NCBI GenBank assembly: GCA_027488115.1
Contig: JAIYCG010000048.1
Span: 84,763 to 116,762 of the forward strand
Direction: 5' to 3'
DNA length: 32,000 bases
DNA from: Comamonadaceae bacterium
GTDB taxonomy: Bacteria; Pseudomonadota; Gammaproteobacteria; Burkholderiales; Burkholderiaceae_C
Shown piece after piece: positions 17,671-27,800 of the stretch; position 1 is the first letter of the stretch, and the number at the start of each line of letters is the position of its first letter. The position numbers and the translations under genes were made by a program. The notes under the pieces are model-generated. The model was given only the letters and a program-made list of their open reading frames with translations. It made no database searches and was not told the DNA's origin.

Positions 17671-18252
17671 ATGGAAGCTCAAGATACCGCTGAACTCATG
17701 GAGCAAAAGCCTCATGCCGATCAAAATCAAAATCGCTCTGCTCTGACCATTTCGATTCTGGCCATGGTTTTGGCCATTGCCAGTTTGGGGGGTTCTAACG
17801 CCATGAAAGAAGCCACCCAAGAAAACATCTTGGCAGCCAACGCTTATGCTTTCTACCAAGCCAAGAACATCCGTCAAACTTCGTTCAAGCTGGCCGCTAC
17901 CGACTTGGAGTTGCAGCTGGCGCGAGAGCCCAACATGAACGCCACTGCCAAGGCCATGTTTGAGAAGAAAATTGAAGATTACAAAAAAACTGCTGACCGA
18001 TACGAGTCAGAGCCAGAAAACAAAGAAGGCAAAAAAGAGCTCTTGGCCCGCGCCAAGGCCCATGAAGCCACTCGAGACCACGCCATGCGGCAAGATCCTT
18101 GGTTTGACTACGCTGAGGGCGCTTTGCAAATTGCCATTGTTTTGCTATCGGTATCAATCGTCGCCTCCATGCCTATTTTGTATTGGGCAGGTACCGTGTT
18201 GGGAGCTCTCGGATTTGTGAGCACTGTCAACGGCTATTTCTTATTTTTCTAA
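17671..18252 (+). CDS. DUF4337-like membrane protein
   Basis: The layout is an N-terminal TM segment (ALTISILAMVLAIASLGG), the YAFYQAKNIRQ motif, a helical middle and a C-terminal TM pair (LQIAIVLLSVSIV...). This matches my memory of DUF4337, but it is not verified. Confidence 0.55.
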   Translation: MEAQDTAELMEQKPHADQNQNRSALTISILAMVLAIASLGGSNAMKEATQENILAANAYAFYQAKNIRQTSFKLAATDLELQLAREPNMNATAKAMFEKKIEDYKKTADRYESEPENKEGKKELLARAKAHEATRDHAMRQDPWFDYAEGALQIAIVLLSVSIVASMPILYWAGTVLGALGFVSTVNGYFLFF

Positions 18253-18259
18253 GTCATTC

Positions 18260-19321
18260 ATGGCTACCCCCGCAAGCAAGTCGAATGCGCTTCAAGAAGC
18301 CATTCATTTCATTGAGCGATGCGAAACGCCCTGGTCGCGCGACACGACAAGCCCTTGGGGTATTCACGATGCAGATCCGCCGCCCTACAACCGTTTGTTT
18401 GGACCGGTTCATGGGCGAGGCCCAGTTTCTGGAATTCTTTTTCACAAGCATCAAATGCTTGCTCAATGGGGTGAGCCCCACAAAGCCGATCTCACGTTCA
18501 GTGTGGCCAAAACCTATCTGGCATTGTTGGCGGGGCTAGCATTTGATCAGGGTCTCATCAAAGATGTGCACACGCCTGTGGCTCAGCAATGCCCGGGCAT
18601 TGGTTTTGAAGGCGCGCGTTTGTCGCGCATTACTTGGCACCACCTGCTTCAACAAACCAGCGAGTGGGAGGGCACCTGTTTAGGCATTCCAGAACAAGTG
18701 GATCGCTACCGCTGGCTAACTTACCAAACCGGCCAAGCCGATGGCAAAAAAGGCGACCCCAGGCCCTTGGGCGAGCCAGGGTCCAGGTTTGAGTACAACG
18801 ATGTTCGAATCAACCAACTCTCTTTGGCCTTGTTGCATTTGTTCAAGCGCCCACTGCCCGAAGTATTTGAAGAGTTTTTCCGAAAGCCTCTGGGCTGTAC
18901 CGATGAGTTTCAATGGGTGGGCTACGAACAAGGATGGACCGAGGTCAACGGCCAAAGTATGATGTCGGTTCCTGGGGGCAGCCATTGGGGCGGCGGCGTT
19001 TCGATTTCGGCCATAGACCAAGCCCTCATTGGCTTAATGCTCATGGGCAATGGCACCTACAAAGGCAGGCAAATATTATCAGCCGAATGGCTTGCCATGA
19101 TGCAGCAGCCCTGCATTGTGGCGCCCTACTATGGCTACCTCATTTGGCTTAACAACGAGGGCGCATTGTTCAAAGATGCACCACGAAGTTCTTGGTTTGC
19201 CATTGGTGCAGGCTCTTCCATCACATGGGTTGATCCAAAGCTAGAACTTGTTTGTATCCTGCGCTGGATTGAAGCCGACAAAACCAATGACTGTATCGCG
19301 CGCATTCTGGGAGCGCTGTAG
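18260..19321 (+). CDS. serine hydrolase, beta-lactamase/transpeptidase-like family
   Basis: An S-x-x-K motif occurs in FSVAKTYLALLAGLAFDQGLI. The gene lies 7 nt downstream of the previous gene. Confidence 0.7.
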   Translation: MATPASKSNALQEAIHFIERCETPWSRDTTSPWGIHDADPPPYNRLFGPVHGRGPVSGILFHKHQMLAQWGEPHKADLTFSVAKTYLALLAGLAFDQGLIKDVHTPVAQQCPGIGFEGARLSRITWHHLLQQTSEWEGTCLGIPEQVDRYRWLTYQTGQADGKKGDPRPLGEPGSRFEYNDVRINQLSLALLHLFKRPLPEVFEEFFRKPLGCTDEFQWVGYEQGWTEVNGQSMMSVPGGSHWGGGVSISAIDQALIGLMLMGNGTYKGRQILSAEWLAMMQQPCIVAPYYGYLIWLNNEGALFKDAPRSSWFAIGAGSSITWVDPKLELVCILRWIEADKTNDCIARILGAL

Positions 19322-19337
19322 GGTATTCAATGCCCCT

Positions 19338-19916
19338 TCATGCTTTGACCGAATTTAAATAAAGTGAGGCCAGTTCTTCTTGACAGATCAATTGAACCGC
19401 ATTGGCTTTGGCAAATTGCAGTGCAACGCCTGTTGGCAAGCTCAGGCTGATGCAAGCGGCATAGTCTGCATCTTGGGAAATTTGCAAGGTTTTTAAATCG
19501 CGAAGAACTTCAACCCCCAAGGTGGCAGCCTTCCAGCGTTTGCAACTGACCAAGGTGATCTTGCCTGACTTTTCCAACCGAAAGTCTGCCGATCCCAAGT
19601 TCAAACGAGTCACCTCGAAACCTTGCTGCACAAAGGCTTTCGCAATGGTGGGCAAAAACGCCTTCACAGACATGTTGGCCAATGCCGTCAAGGCCAAGTT
19701 GACGCTTTCAGGCGAGGGTTTGTTGCGCTGCTTCCAAGCTGCCAGCACGCCCAATACACAGAAGGGTAGCCCACTGAGCATGCCGACCACACGCAAGGTG
19801 TCGGGCAAAAATACACGTGCTAATAGTGCCAAAATGGCAGCGATCAGAAAACTGATCCACCAAGGCGACCGCAACAAAATCGCAAACAGCGATTTCTCTG
19901 ACATGTTGAATTTCAT
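19338..19916 (-). CDS. membrane-anchored restriction-endonuclease-like (Mrr_cat) protein
   Basis: Two N-terminal TM segments are followed by GSADFRLEK...ITLVSCKRWKAATLGVEVLRDL. This resembles the Mrr catalytic core (D...ExK / QxKR-type motif). Confidence 0.5.
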   Translation of the reverse strand: MKFNMSEKSLFAILLRSPWWISFLIAAILALLARVFLPDTLRVVGMLSGLPFCVLGVLAAWKQRNKPSPESVNLALTALANMSVKAFLPTIAKAFVQQGFEVTRLNLGSADFRLEKSGKITLVSCKRWKAATLGVEVLRDLKTLQISQDADYAACISLSLPTGVALQFAKANAVQLICQEELASLYLNSVKA

Positions 19917-19975
19917 TGCGCGATTCGCCTAGGCAAATTCACTCGACATGAGACGGGTTGTGAGTCAGCACTGAA

Positions 19976-20389
19976 TTATTTGGCAAACAAACTGGCGGGG
20001 TTTGCAAATGCTTTGAATTCGACGGCATTGCCGCAAGGGTCAAGGAAGAACATGGTGGCTTGCTCGCCCACTTGGCCTTTGAAGCGAATGTGCGGTTCAA
20101 TGACAAATTGGATCCCCGCTTTTTTCAGCTTGTCTGCCAATGTTTCCCAGTGACCCATTTCCATGACCAAGCCAAAATGGCGAACTGGCACATTGTCGCC
20201 ATCAACTGCGCTGGTGTTGTGGTAACCCGCCTCTGAAGGACTGAGGTGAGCCACAATTTGATGTCCATAAAAATTGAAGTCAATCCAGTCATCGCTGGAG
20301 CGACCTTCAGGGCAGCCTAATAAATCGCCGTAAAAAGCCCTTGCTTTGGCCAAAGATGTGACGGGGAATGCGAGGTGGAAGGGTTGCAT
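19976..20389 (-). CDS. VOC (glyoxalase/bleomycin-resistance/dioxygenase) family protein
   Basis: 137 aa. The N-terminal FHLAFPVTSLAKARAFYGDLLGC is typical of VOC-fold proteins. Confidence 0.75.
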   Translation of the reverse strand: MQPFHLAFPVTSLAKARAFYGDLLGCPEGRSSDDWIDFNFYGHQIVAHLSPSEAGYHNTSAVDGDNVPVRHFGLVMEMGHWETLADKLKKAGIQFVIEPHIRFKGQVGEQATMFFLDPCGNAVEFKAFANPASLFAK

Positions 20390-20475
20390 GAGATTCTCTG
20401 ATCAAATTCAAAAAGACAATTTTGCCTCAAACCCGGGGCTATTGGACCATGCCAGCCTAATCAATTGTCACAGGC

Positions 20476-21369
20476 TTAAGTTTTCAAAGTTCGGTTGAAC
20501 AACTCAAGCGTTCTGGTCCAAGACAAATCAGCCGCAGTCTGGTTGAATCTTGGTGTGGAGTTATTGTGAAAGCCGTGCTGCGTTCCGGCATAAAAATGGG
20601 CCTGCGCTTTCACGCCCTGAGTTTTTAAAGCGCCTTCAAAGGGAGGCCAAGTGACATTGATTCGAGGGTCTGTTTCGGCAAAGTGCAACACCAACTCTGC
20701 CTTGATTTTGCTGACTTGATCTGCCGGCGCTGACACACCGTAGTAAGGTGCACCGGCCTGAACGTTATCACCTAACTCTGCCGCCAAGGCATTGGTCATT
20801 CCGCCGCCCCAGCAAAATCCGGTGACACCCAATTTGCCTGAAGACAAGGGATGGTTTTTAAGAAACACGGCACCATTCAACATGTCAGTTTGTAGTTTGG
20901 CAGGGACCAAGCTGTCTTGAAGCCGTTTGCCTTCTTCGTCATTGCCAGGGTATCCGCCCAAGGGGTAAAGCCCATCAGGCGCCAAGGCCAAGAAGCCTGC
21001 TGCTGCGAGGCGCCGTGCCACGTCTTCAATGTACGGATTCAAGCCACGGTTTTCATGAATGACGAGAACGGCAGGAAATTTGGTGACTGTGGTTGACACA
21101 GGCTGCACCAAATAACCCCTCATCTCGCCCGAGCTACCGCCAGGTGATGCATATTTCACATAGCTGGCTTTGATGCGCGCGTCTGTGAATGAGATGGTTT
21201 GTGCATTGGCATACCTTGGAAACAAAGCTTGCGCCATGGCCATCCCCCCCACAACTGTTGCGGCGGCTTTGGCTAAAAACTCGCGCCGATCCATGTCGCC
21301 ATGACAATACTCGTCATACAGCGCGTAGATTTTGGGGTCAATTGCTTGCGTTGGCAGTTCTTGGGACAT
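20476..21369 (-). CDS. dienelactone hydrolase family protein with Tat signal
   Basis: Contains MDRREFLAKAAATVVGGMAMAQA, then VLVIHENRGLNPYIEDVARRLA and GVTGFCWGG (nucleophile-elbow Cys). Confidence 0.85.
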   Translation of the reverse strand: MSQELPTQAIDPKIYALYDEYCHGDMDRREFLAKAAATVVGGMAMAQALFPRYANAQTISFTDARIKASYVKYASPGGSSGEMRGYLVQPVSTTVTKFPAVLVIHENRGLNPYIEDVARRLAAAGFLALAPDGLYPLGGYPGNDEEGKRLQDSLVPAKLQTDMLNGAVFLKNHPLSSGKLGVTGFCWGGGMTNALAAELGDNVQAGAPYYGVSAPADQVSKIKAELVLHFAETDPRINVTWPPFEGALKTQGVKAQAHFYAGTQHGFHNNSTPRFNQTAADLSWTRTLELFNRTLKT

Positions 21370-21497
21370 TGTTGGCTCCTGACAAAAACCGATGTTAATG
21401 CAAACTCAATGTCTCTGCAGATTGCTGAAGTCATGTGAATGTGTCATTTCTCAAATGGTCATTGGAATTTTTATTATGATCCCCGTCATCAACTTCA

Positions 21498-21710
21498 TTG
21501 ACACATCAAGTGGCCGCCCTTCCCTCTCATTTAGAAAAAATTAACTGCTGGCAGTGCAAGCATTTTGCGACAAGCTGGGATCCTAAGATGCCCTACACAT
21601 GCAAGTTGTTGGGGTTTAAATCTCAAATTTTGCCAAGCATACAGGTCATGAATTCAGATGGGCGTCCCTGCTTAGGATTTGAAGCCAAGCCAGCGGCTAA
21701 AACCAAATAA
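21498..21710 (+). CDS. small Cys-containing hypothetical protein (about 70 aa)
   Basis: Contains CWQCKHF...C...C (four Cys, possibly a zinc ribbon). It ends 7 nt before the likely ATG of the next gene. The start codon is uncertain (TTG 21498, no SD). Confidence 0.35.
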   Translation: MTHQVAALPSHLEKINCWQCKHFATSWDPKMPYTCKLLGFKSQILPSIQVMNSDGRPCLGFEAKPAAKTK

Positions 21711-21717
21711 GCCCTTT

Positions 21718-22782
21718 ATGACACGATCCATTGACAATCAACCCCATGCTCACAGTGCCAGCACGCAGCACATTGTCATTTTGGGTGCGGGTGCAATTGG
21801 GTGCTATCTCGGTGCTTGGCTTCACACCACAGCTGCACAGGTCAGCCTCTTAGGCCGCCCTAGGGTTGCAGAAAGAATTAGGCAACATGGTTTAACTGCA
21901 TCAGATTTAAACCAAAGAAAAATCAAATGGAGTGCCTCGGAAATTAGTTTCAGCACAGACCCTGACGTTTTAAAAACGGCTGATTTAATTGTGGTCACTG
22001 TAAAAAGTGCAGACAGTCCTGAAGCCGCCAAACTCATTGCGCAACATGCAAAGTCTTCTGCCTTGGTTCTGAGTTTTCAAAATGGCGTGGGCAATGCCAT
22101 GGTTTTGCAACACGATTTGCCTGGCATGACCGTTCTCAGCGGCATGGTTCCTTTCAACGTTGCAACTTTGCCAGAAGGCCGTCTTCACTGCGCTACGGAG
22201 GGGCAACTGTGCGCAGAAGATCACTCAGCGCTTCAAGCTTGGTTGCCCCTGTTCAACGCATGCGGTCTTCCTATTCAACTTCACACGAACTTTGAACAAA
22301 TTCAATGGGGCAAATTAATTTTGAATCTGAACAATTCAGTCAATGCCTTGTCGGACATGCCCTTGAAGGCTCAGCTGTCAGATCGCGCATACCGTCAATG
22401 CTTGGCTTTGCTGATTGAAGAAACCATTCAAATTTTAAAATGGGCTGGTATTCAGCCTGCCAAAATATCCAAGGCACCCCCAGCCTTGCTGCCCTTTTTA
22501 ATGAGAGCACCCAACTTCATATTCAGGCGCTTGGCAGCTGGCATGCTCAAGATGGATGAGAACGCTCGATCGTCAATGTGGGAAGACCTGCAACTGCAGC
22601 GCAAAACTGAAGTCGATTACATCAATGGTGCCGTGATCAACTTGGCGCATTCACTGGCACAAACGGCACCTCTCAATTCCCGCATGGTGTCACTTGTTAA
22701 AAAAGCAGAAGCTGGTGAATACAGACCCAAAGATGGGCATCAATTATTGAGTGATTTGTTAAGACCCCAAACTTCACAATAA
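21718..22782 (+). CDS. 2-dehydropantoate 2-reductase (ApbA/PanE) family oxidoreductase
   Basis: Rossmann motif IVILGAGAIGCYLGAWL at the N-terminus, and a C-terminal SSMWEDLQLQRKTEVDYINGAV typical of ketopantoate reductases. The ATG at 21718 is chosen over the longer TTG-started ORF at 21679. Confidence 0.8.
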   Translation: MTRSIDNQPHAHSASTQHIVILGAGAIGCYLGAWLHTTAAQVSLLGRPRVAERIRQHGLTASDLNQRKIKWSASEISFSTDPDVLKTADLIVVTVKSADSPEAAKLIAQHAKSSALVLSFQNGVGNAMVLQHDLPGMTVLSGMVPFNVATLPEGRLHCATEGQLCAEDHSALQAWLPLFNACGLPIQLHTNFEQIQWGKLILNLNNSVNALSDMPLKAQLSDRAYRQCLALLIEETIQILKWAGIQPAKISKAPPALLPFLMRAPNFIFRRLAAGMLKMDENARSSMWEDLQLQRKTEVDYINGAVINLAHSLAQTAPLNSRMVSLVKKAEAGEYRPKDGHQLLSDLLRPQTSQ

Positions 22783-22825
22783 TTGACTTAGATCAAACCA
22801 AACCCTTTGAACAAGGCTTTGTTGG

Positions 22826-24103
22826 GTGGCAAAACTGAATCGCGCGTTTAACATGAAGCGCATCATGTCAACACTTCAAACCACCCAGCCATTTTGGAAA
22901 AAGAACAGCCTCAAAATCATTGCCATTGTCGCGCTACTCGCAGTGCTTGGGGTGTCTGTTCAGCGCTGGGGTTTTGGGCCAGAGGTCGATGCATTCAGGG
23001 TTGAGCAAAGAGATTTTGTGCAAACGGTCGTCGCCAGTGGGCACGTTGAAAACGCACACCGCGTGGACATTGGGGCACAAATCACAGGCACGGTCAAAAG
23101 CGTACCTGTGGCAGAGGGACAAACGGTTCAAGCAAAGCAGATCTTGATTGAATTGGAAAACACAGAACTCCAAGCAGGCCTGCAACAAGCTGCGATCAAT
23201 GTGCAGCAAGCAGCAGCCAAGCTGAGGCAGTTGCGAGAAGTACAGACACCTGTCACTGAGCAAGCTTTAAAGCAAGCCTTGGCAACACAAGAAACGAGCC
23301 AACATGCGTTGCAAAGATCGCAGGAGCTTTATGAAAAAGGCTTCACTGGACAGGCCGCTTTAGACGAGTCTCAACGCATCGCAAAAGTGACCCAATCGCA
23401 AGTCTTCAGCCTGAAAGATCAAATGGCCAGCTTGAAGGAAGGCGGCAGTGAGTCTGTTTTAGCGCAAGCCAATCTCTCTCAAGCCAAAGCCGGATCTGAA
23501 CTGGCAAGGGCCAGGCTGCGTTATGCACAAATCTCTGCACCTATTTCGGGCACCCTCATTTCTCGAAACGTAGAACCCGGCGACGTGGTGCTAGCTGGCA
23601 AAATTTTGATGGTGCTCTCCCCTGCAGGCGCCACTGAATTGGTTGCGCAGATTGACGAAAAACATTTGAGTCAGTTGACATTAGGACAAGCGGCCACAGC
23701 CTCAGCAGATGCTTATAGCAAGGATCAATTTACGGCAGTTCTTTCGTACATCAACCCAGGGGTTGATGCGCAGCGGGGCTCCGTCACGGTCAAACTCAAA
23801 GTTCCTCAAGCGCCCGCCTACTTGCAACAAGACATGACGGTGTCTCTTAACATTGAAGTGGCCAAGCGCAGTCAGGCTATTTTGGTGGCCACTGAAGCTG
23901 TTCAAGAAATTGAAAAGTCCCCTTGGGTTTATGTGATCAAAAACGGCAAAGCGGTTCGGCAACCCATTCAGATAGGCCTGCGTGGTCCGGGCTACTGCGA
24001 GGTGCTGCAAGGCCTGCAAGCCCATGAAGTGGTCATTCGAAATGCAACAGGCATTCAAAACAACGCCCGTGTTCGAATCAAACCACTTGCTGTCCAACCA
24101 TGA
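22826..24103 (+). CDS. HlyD/MacA/DevB-type periplasmic adaptor (membrane fusion) protein
   Basis: It has an N-terminal TM anchor, a coiled-coil hairpin and the lipoyl-like motif ISAPISGTLISRNVEPGDVV. Likely true starts are ATG 22853 or 22865. Confidence 0.85.
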   Translation: MAKLNRAFNMKRIMSTLQTTQPFWKKNSLKIIAIVALLAVLGVSVQRWGFGPEVDAFRVEQRDFVQTVVASGHVENAHRVDIGAQITGTVKSVPVAEGQTVQAKQILIELENTELQAGLQQAAINVQQAAAKLRQLREVQTPVTEQALKQALATQETSQHALQRSQELYEKGFTGQAALDESQRIAKVTQSQVFSLKDQMASLKEGGSESVLAQANLSQAKAGSELARARLRYAQISAPISGTLISRNVEPGDVVLAGKILMVLSPAGATELVAQIDEKHLSQLTLGQAATASADAYSKDQFTAVLSYINPGVDAQRGSVTVKLKVPQAPAYLQQDMTVSLNIEVAKRSQAILVATEAVQEIEKSPWVYVIKNGKAVRQPIQIGLRGPGYCEVLQGLQAHEVVIRNATGIQNNARVRIKPLAVQP

Positions 24104-25362
24104 GCGCTCATCCGGTTTCTTCAGAGCAAGGAATTGCGCCATGGATTCCCTTTGAATGGCTTGTTGCGCTGCGTTTTTTAAGGGAAGGCCAGGTTCAGAC
24201 CTTGTTCATCATTGGTGGTGTGGCCATTGGAGTTGGCGTGATTGTTTTCATGTCGGCTTTGCTAAGTGGCCTTCAAGCCAACTTTGTCAAAAGAGTCCTC
24301 ACTGGCCAAGCTCATATTCAATTGTTGCCCCCCAAAGAAATTTCAAGGGTGTTGCCGCTGGGTGCCCACAATGTGTTGCAAAACAGCATCGTTCAAGCCC
24401 CTCTGCAACGTGCCAAAAGCATTGACCAATGGCAAAGTTTGGAGGCTCAAATTTTGAAGCTGCCGGAAATCAATGTGGTGTCACCTAACGTTTCTGGCTC
24501 TGCACTGGTGGTCAGAGGGGAAGCCAGCCGCGCCATTAGCGTGTTGGGCGTTGATCCCAATTTGTATTTTCAAATTGTGCCCATGCCTGAGAAGATAGTG
24601 CACGGCAATGCCAACATGACGGTCAACGACATTTTGATTGGCACCGAACTCGCCATTGATTTAGGTTTAAGCGTCGGCGACAAGTTGCGTGTCAGTGCTG
24701 CCAACGGCAATGCCAATACATTTTTAGTAAGTGGTATTTTTGATCTTGGCAACAAAGCTGCCAACTCGCGCACCACGTTCATTCCCCTTAGGGCCGCTCA
24801 AAGTTTGCTGGGCTTGGTTGGAGGGGTGACGTCTTTGGACATGACGGTGCGAGATGTTTACGCCGCAGAAGCTGTGGCCCAAAAAATTAGTGCGCAAACA
24901 GGCATGCAGGCAGACAGTTGGATCAAAACCAATGAGCAATTTTTTACAGCAGTCAATGCGCAAACCACGGCCAACACGGCCATTCGAATGTTTGTCGGTT
25001 TGTCCGTTGCATTTGGCATCGCCAGTGTCTTGGTTGTTTCAGTGATTCAAAAGTCGCGTGAAATTGGTATTTTGCGAGCCATGGGTGTGACGCGAGGTCA
25101 AATTCTCCGCATCTTTTTATTACAAGGTGGCTTGCTCGGATTTGGCGGTTCGCTGGTCGGGTCATTGTTGGGCTTTGCAGGCTTGGTCATTTGGCAACAA
25201 GCTGAAAAGAACCCCGATGGCTCTGTCATGTTTGCCATGAAGCTAGAGCCTTCTTTGATCCTCATTGCACTCGTCTTGGCCAGTGTCACGGGGCTCATTG
25301 CTTCCTTTGCGCCCGCTCTGCGAGCTGCTCGTTTAGATCCTGTGGTGGCCATTCGTGGATAA
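24100..25362 (+). CDS. ABC transporter permease, FtsX/LolC/MacB-like
   Basis: 420 aa with a TM segment, a large periplasmic domain and three C-terminal TM segments containing [16 protein letters not shown]. Its start overlaps the adaptor stop. Confidence 0.85.
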   Translation: MSAHPVSSEQGIAPWIPFEWLVALRFLREGQVQTLFIIGGVAIGVGVIVFMSALLSGLQANFVKRVLTGQAHIQLLPPKEISRVLPLGAHNVLQNSIVQAPLQRAKSIDQWQSLEAQILKLPEINVVSPNVSGSALVVRGEASRAISVLGVDPNLYFQIVPMPEKIVHGNANMTVNDILIGTELAIDLGLSVGDKLRVSAANGNANTFLVSGIFDLGNKAANSRTTFIPLRAAQSLLGLVGGVTSLDMTVRDVYAAEAVAQKISAQTGMQADSWIKTNEQFFTAVNAQTTANTAIRMFVGLSVAFGIASVLVVSVIQKSREIGILRAMGVTRGQILRIFLLQGGLLGFGGSLVGSLLGFAGLVIWQQAEKNPDGSVMFAMKLEPSLILIALVLASVTGLIASFAPALRAARLDPVVAIRG

Positions 25363-26050
25363 ATTGACACACACAGACTGGGTGGTCGAACTCAGAGAAG
25401 TATGCAAATCGTTCAATGTGGGCAAGCCCAACAACATTGAAATTCTTCACAACATCAATTTGCAACTGGCCCGTGGTGATTTTTGTGCAGTGATGGGGCC
25501 CTCTGGGTCTGGCAAAAGCACCTTGCTCAACATCATTGGTTTGTTGGACAGGCCCACCTCGGGCCAACTGGCCATCAATGGCGAAGATACAACTCAATTG
25601 GACGACCATGCGCTCACTCGCTTGCGAGGGCACGCCATTGGCTTTGTCTTTCAGCACCACCACCTCTTGAGTGCATTTACTGCCTTGGAGAACGTCATCA
25701 TGCCTATGATGGGTTCGAACGGGTTTTGCACGGCCGAAATGACGGCCCATGCCAAGAGTTTGTTAGACAGCGTTGACCTGTTACCCATGTGCCACCAAGC
25801 CTCTGGCAGCATGTCAGGGGGCCAACAACAGCGGGTGGCGGTTGCGCGCGCATTGGCCATGAACCCCACCCTTTTGCTGGCCGATGAACCCACGGGCAAT
25901 TTGGATACCAAAAGTGCAGATGCTGTGTTTGAATTGCTCAGACGTGTGAGCACAGAGCAAGGAACCTCGGTACTTTTTGTAACGCACAACCCACAATTGG
26001 CCGCGCGATGCGACAAAACCATCCAAGTCGTGGACGGCCGAGTGGTTTAA
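25355..26050 (+). CDS. ABC transporter ATP-binding protein (LolD/MacB ATPase-like)
   Basis: Walker [10 protein letters not shown], signature [15 protein letters not shown] and Walker [13 protein letters not shown] are present. The GTG start overlaps the permease end. Confidence 0.9.
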   Translation: MDKLTHTDWVVELREVCKSFNVGKPNNIEILHNINLQLARGDFCAVMGPSGSGKSTLLNIIGLLDRPTSGQLAINGEDTTQLDDHALTRLRGHAIGFVFQHHHLLSAFTALENVIMPMMGSNGFCTAEMTAHAKSLLDSVDLLPMCHQASGSMSGGQQQRVAVARALAMNPTLLLADEPTGNLDTKSADAVFELLRRVSTEQGTSVLFVTHNPQLAARCDKTIQVVDGRVV

Positions 26051-26104
26051 GCCCTTGAAACTGGGGTTTATCCTCCCATGGCCCGTTGATCGAGTGCCTA
26101 AAAT

Positions 26105-26701
26105 TTGGGAATGAACGAACGACTTTCCCAAATTTCTTACGACGACCTGCCCGCTTCTGTGAAGCCCTTGGCAGATGACATTCTCAAAGTGTCCAGTGCA
26201 GCGCTTGGCGGGCCCTACAACGCCTTGTTGCGCAGCCCCGAAATGGCCCGAAGGTGTTTTGATTTTTTAGATTACCTCAGGTTCCGAACCTCGGTCAACA
26301 AGCGACTGAATGAATTTGCCATTCTGATTCAAGCACGTATTTCGAATGCGCAATATGAATGGTGGGCGCATGAAACCATTGCCAGAAAAGCAGGCCTGTC
26401 CGATGCGGTCATGAAAGATTTGCAAGCCTGCAAACGACCCACCAGCATGGCAGACGATGAGCGCTTGGTTTATGACTATTGCATTCAACTGAGTTTGAAT
26501 CACCGAGTGCCCGATGCTCTTTGGCAGGAGGCAGTGACCGCCATGGGTGAGCAAGCCGTCATTGACCTCACAGTTTTGTCGGGCACGTACGTCATGGTGT
26601 CCATGCTTTTGAATGCCACTCAGGTGGGCATTCCAGGTGATGGCGCATTGCCGCTTGAAGTTTTAGAACCCACAGACATTAGAAAACGTTTGCTCGCTTG
26701 A
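26105..26701 (+). CDS. carboxymuconolactone decarboxylase (AhpD-like) family protein
   Basis: Contains LRSPEMARRCFDFLDYLRFRTSVNKRLNEFAILIQARISNAQYEWWAHE, typical of the CMD family. The likely start is ATG 26111. Confidence 0.75.
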   Translation: MGMNERLSQISYDDLPASVKPLADDILKVSSAALGGPYNALLRSPEMARRCFDFLDYLRFRTSVNKRLNEFAILIQARISNAQYEWWAHETIARKAGLSDAVMKDLQACKRPTSMADDERLVYDYCIQLSLNHRVPDALWQEAVTAMGEQAVIDLTVLSGTYVMVSMLLNATQVGIPGDGALPLEVLEPTDIRKRLLA

Positions 26702-26775
26702 TTGTTTGTTTGTTTCATTCAATCGTTCATTCACATGCGAGCGTTCCACTCAAAACCCAAAGAAAAATACAAGCC

Positions 26776-27768
26776 ATGAAACTGAATGCACACATTTGCA
26801 AAGCACTTGTTTTAGCCCTGAGCGCATGGGTCACAGCTTGGACAGGACAAGCCTGCGCTCAAGACTTTCCCAACAAGCCCATTACCATGATGATGCCCTA
26901 CGCTCCTGGCGGTCCAGGCGACACCATCACACGCCTGTTTGCGGGCTCCATGCAAAAGATCTTGGGCCAACAAATTGTGGTGGACAACACGGCAGGTGCC
27001 TCGGGTGCCATTGGAACGGCCAAAGTGGCACGGTCCAAGCCAGATGGCTACACCCTGCTCATGATTCATGTCAGCCACGCGACCAACTTGGCCATGTACA
27101 AGAACTTGAACTATCACCCTGTTGATGATTTTGAGCCCATTGGTTCGGCCACCAGCGGCCCCATGGTCATCGTGGCGCGAAACGAATTTCCGCCGAAAGA
27201 CTTGAATGAATTTGTGGCCTACCTTAAAACCAATCAGAAAAAAGTCAGCTTGGCCCATGCAGGTGTGGGCTCTGCCTCTCACCTTTGCGGTTTGATGATG
27301 ATGAACGTATTGGGTGTTCAACTGAATGAAATTCCTTACAAAGGCACTGGCCCTGCCCTGACCGACCTCATGGGCGGCCAAGTTGATATTTTGTGCGATC
27401 AAACATCGGGCACGGTGCCTTCCGTGAAGAACGGCAAAATCAAAGCTTACGCCGCAGCAGGCAAAAATAGATTGCCCTCTTTACCAGAGACACCCGCAAT
27501 TGCAGAAGCTGGCGTGAAGGGCTTTGACATCAACATTTCTTTTGGCCTTTATGCACCCAAAGGAACACCCAAACCCGTTTTAGAAAAACTCACGGCTGCT
27601 TTGCAAAAGTCTGTCAGCGATCCCGATGTCATCAAGCGCTTGGATGGCATGGGTGTTTCAGCCGTGAGCGTTGAACAGGCTACGCCAGCAGCACTCAGGG
27701 CGCATTTGAAAAATGAAATTGACACCTTAGGCGGCTTGCTCATCAAAGCAGGTGTGCAGGCGAACTGA
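26776..27768 (+). CDS. Bug-family (TctC-like) tripartite tricarboxylate transporter substrate-binding protein
   Basis: Signal peptide, then QDFPNKPITMMMPYAPGGPGDTITRLFA and IPYKGTGPALTDLMGGQVD (Bug hallmarks). The ATG at 26776 is preferred to the longer ORF. Confidence 0.85.
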   Translation: MKLNAHICKALVLALSAWVTAWTGQACAQDFPNKPITMMMPYAPGGPGDTITRLFAGSMQKILGQQIVVDNTAGASGAIGTAKVARSKPDGYTLLMIHVSHATNLAMYKNLNYHPVDDFEPIGSATSGPMVIVARNEFPPKDLNEFVAYLKTNQKKVSLAHAGVGSASHLCGLMMMNVLGVQLNEIPYKGTGPALTDLMGGQVDILCDQTSGTVPSVKNGKIKAYAAAGKNRLPSLPETPAIAEAGVKGFDINISFGLYAPKGTPKPVLEKLTAALQKSVSDPDVIKRLDGMGVSAVSVEQATPAALRAHLKNEIDTLGGLLIKAGVQAN

Positions 27769-27800
27769 ACTTTCTAAATTGATTGAACGAGAATCACACG

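Noticed and set aside
25295-26131. Minus-strand ORFs of 105-151 aa opposite the ABC ATPase gene, and the 196-aa ORF at 26812-27402 opposite the Bug gene.
   Set aside because: The sense frames contain Walker A/B and ABC-signature motifs or Bug-family motifs. The antisense frames are shadows.
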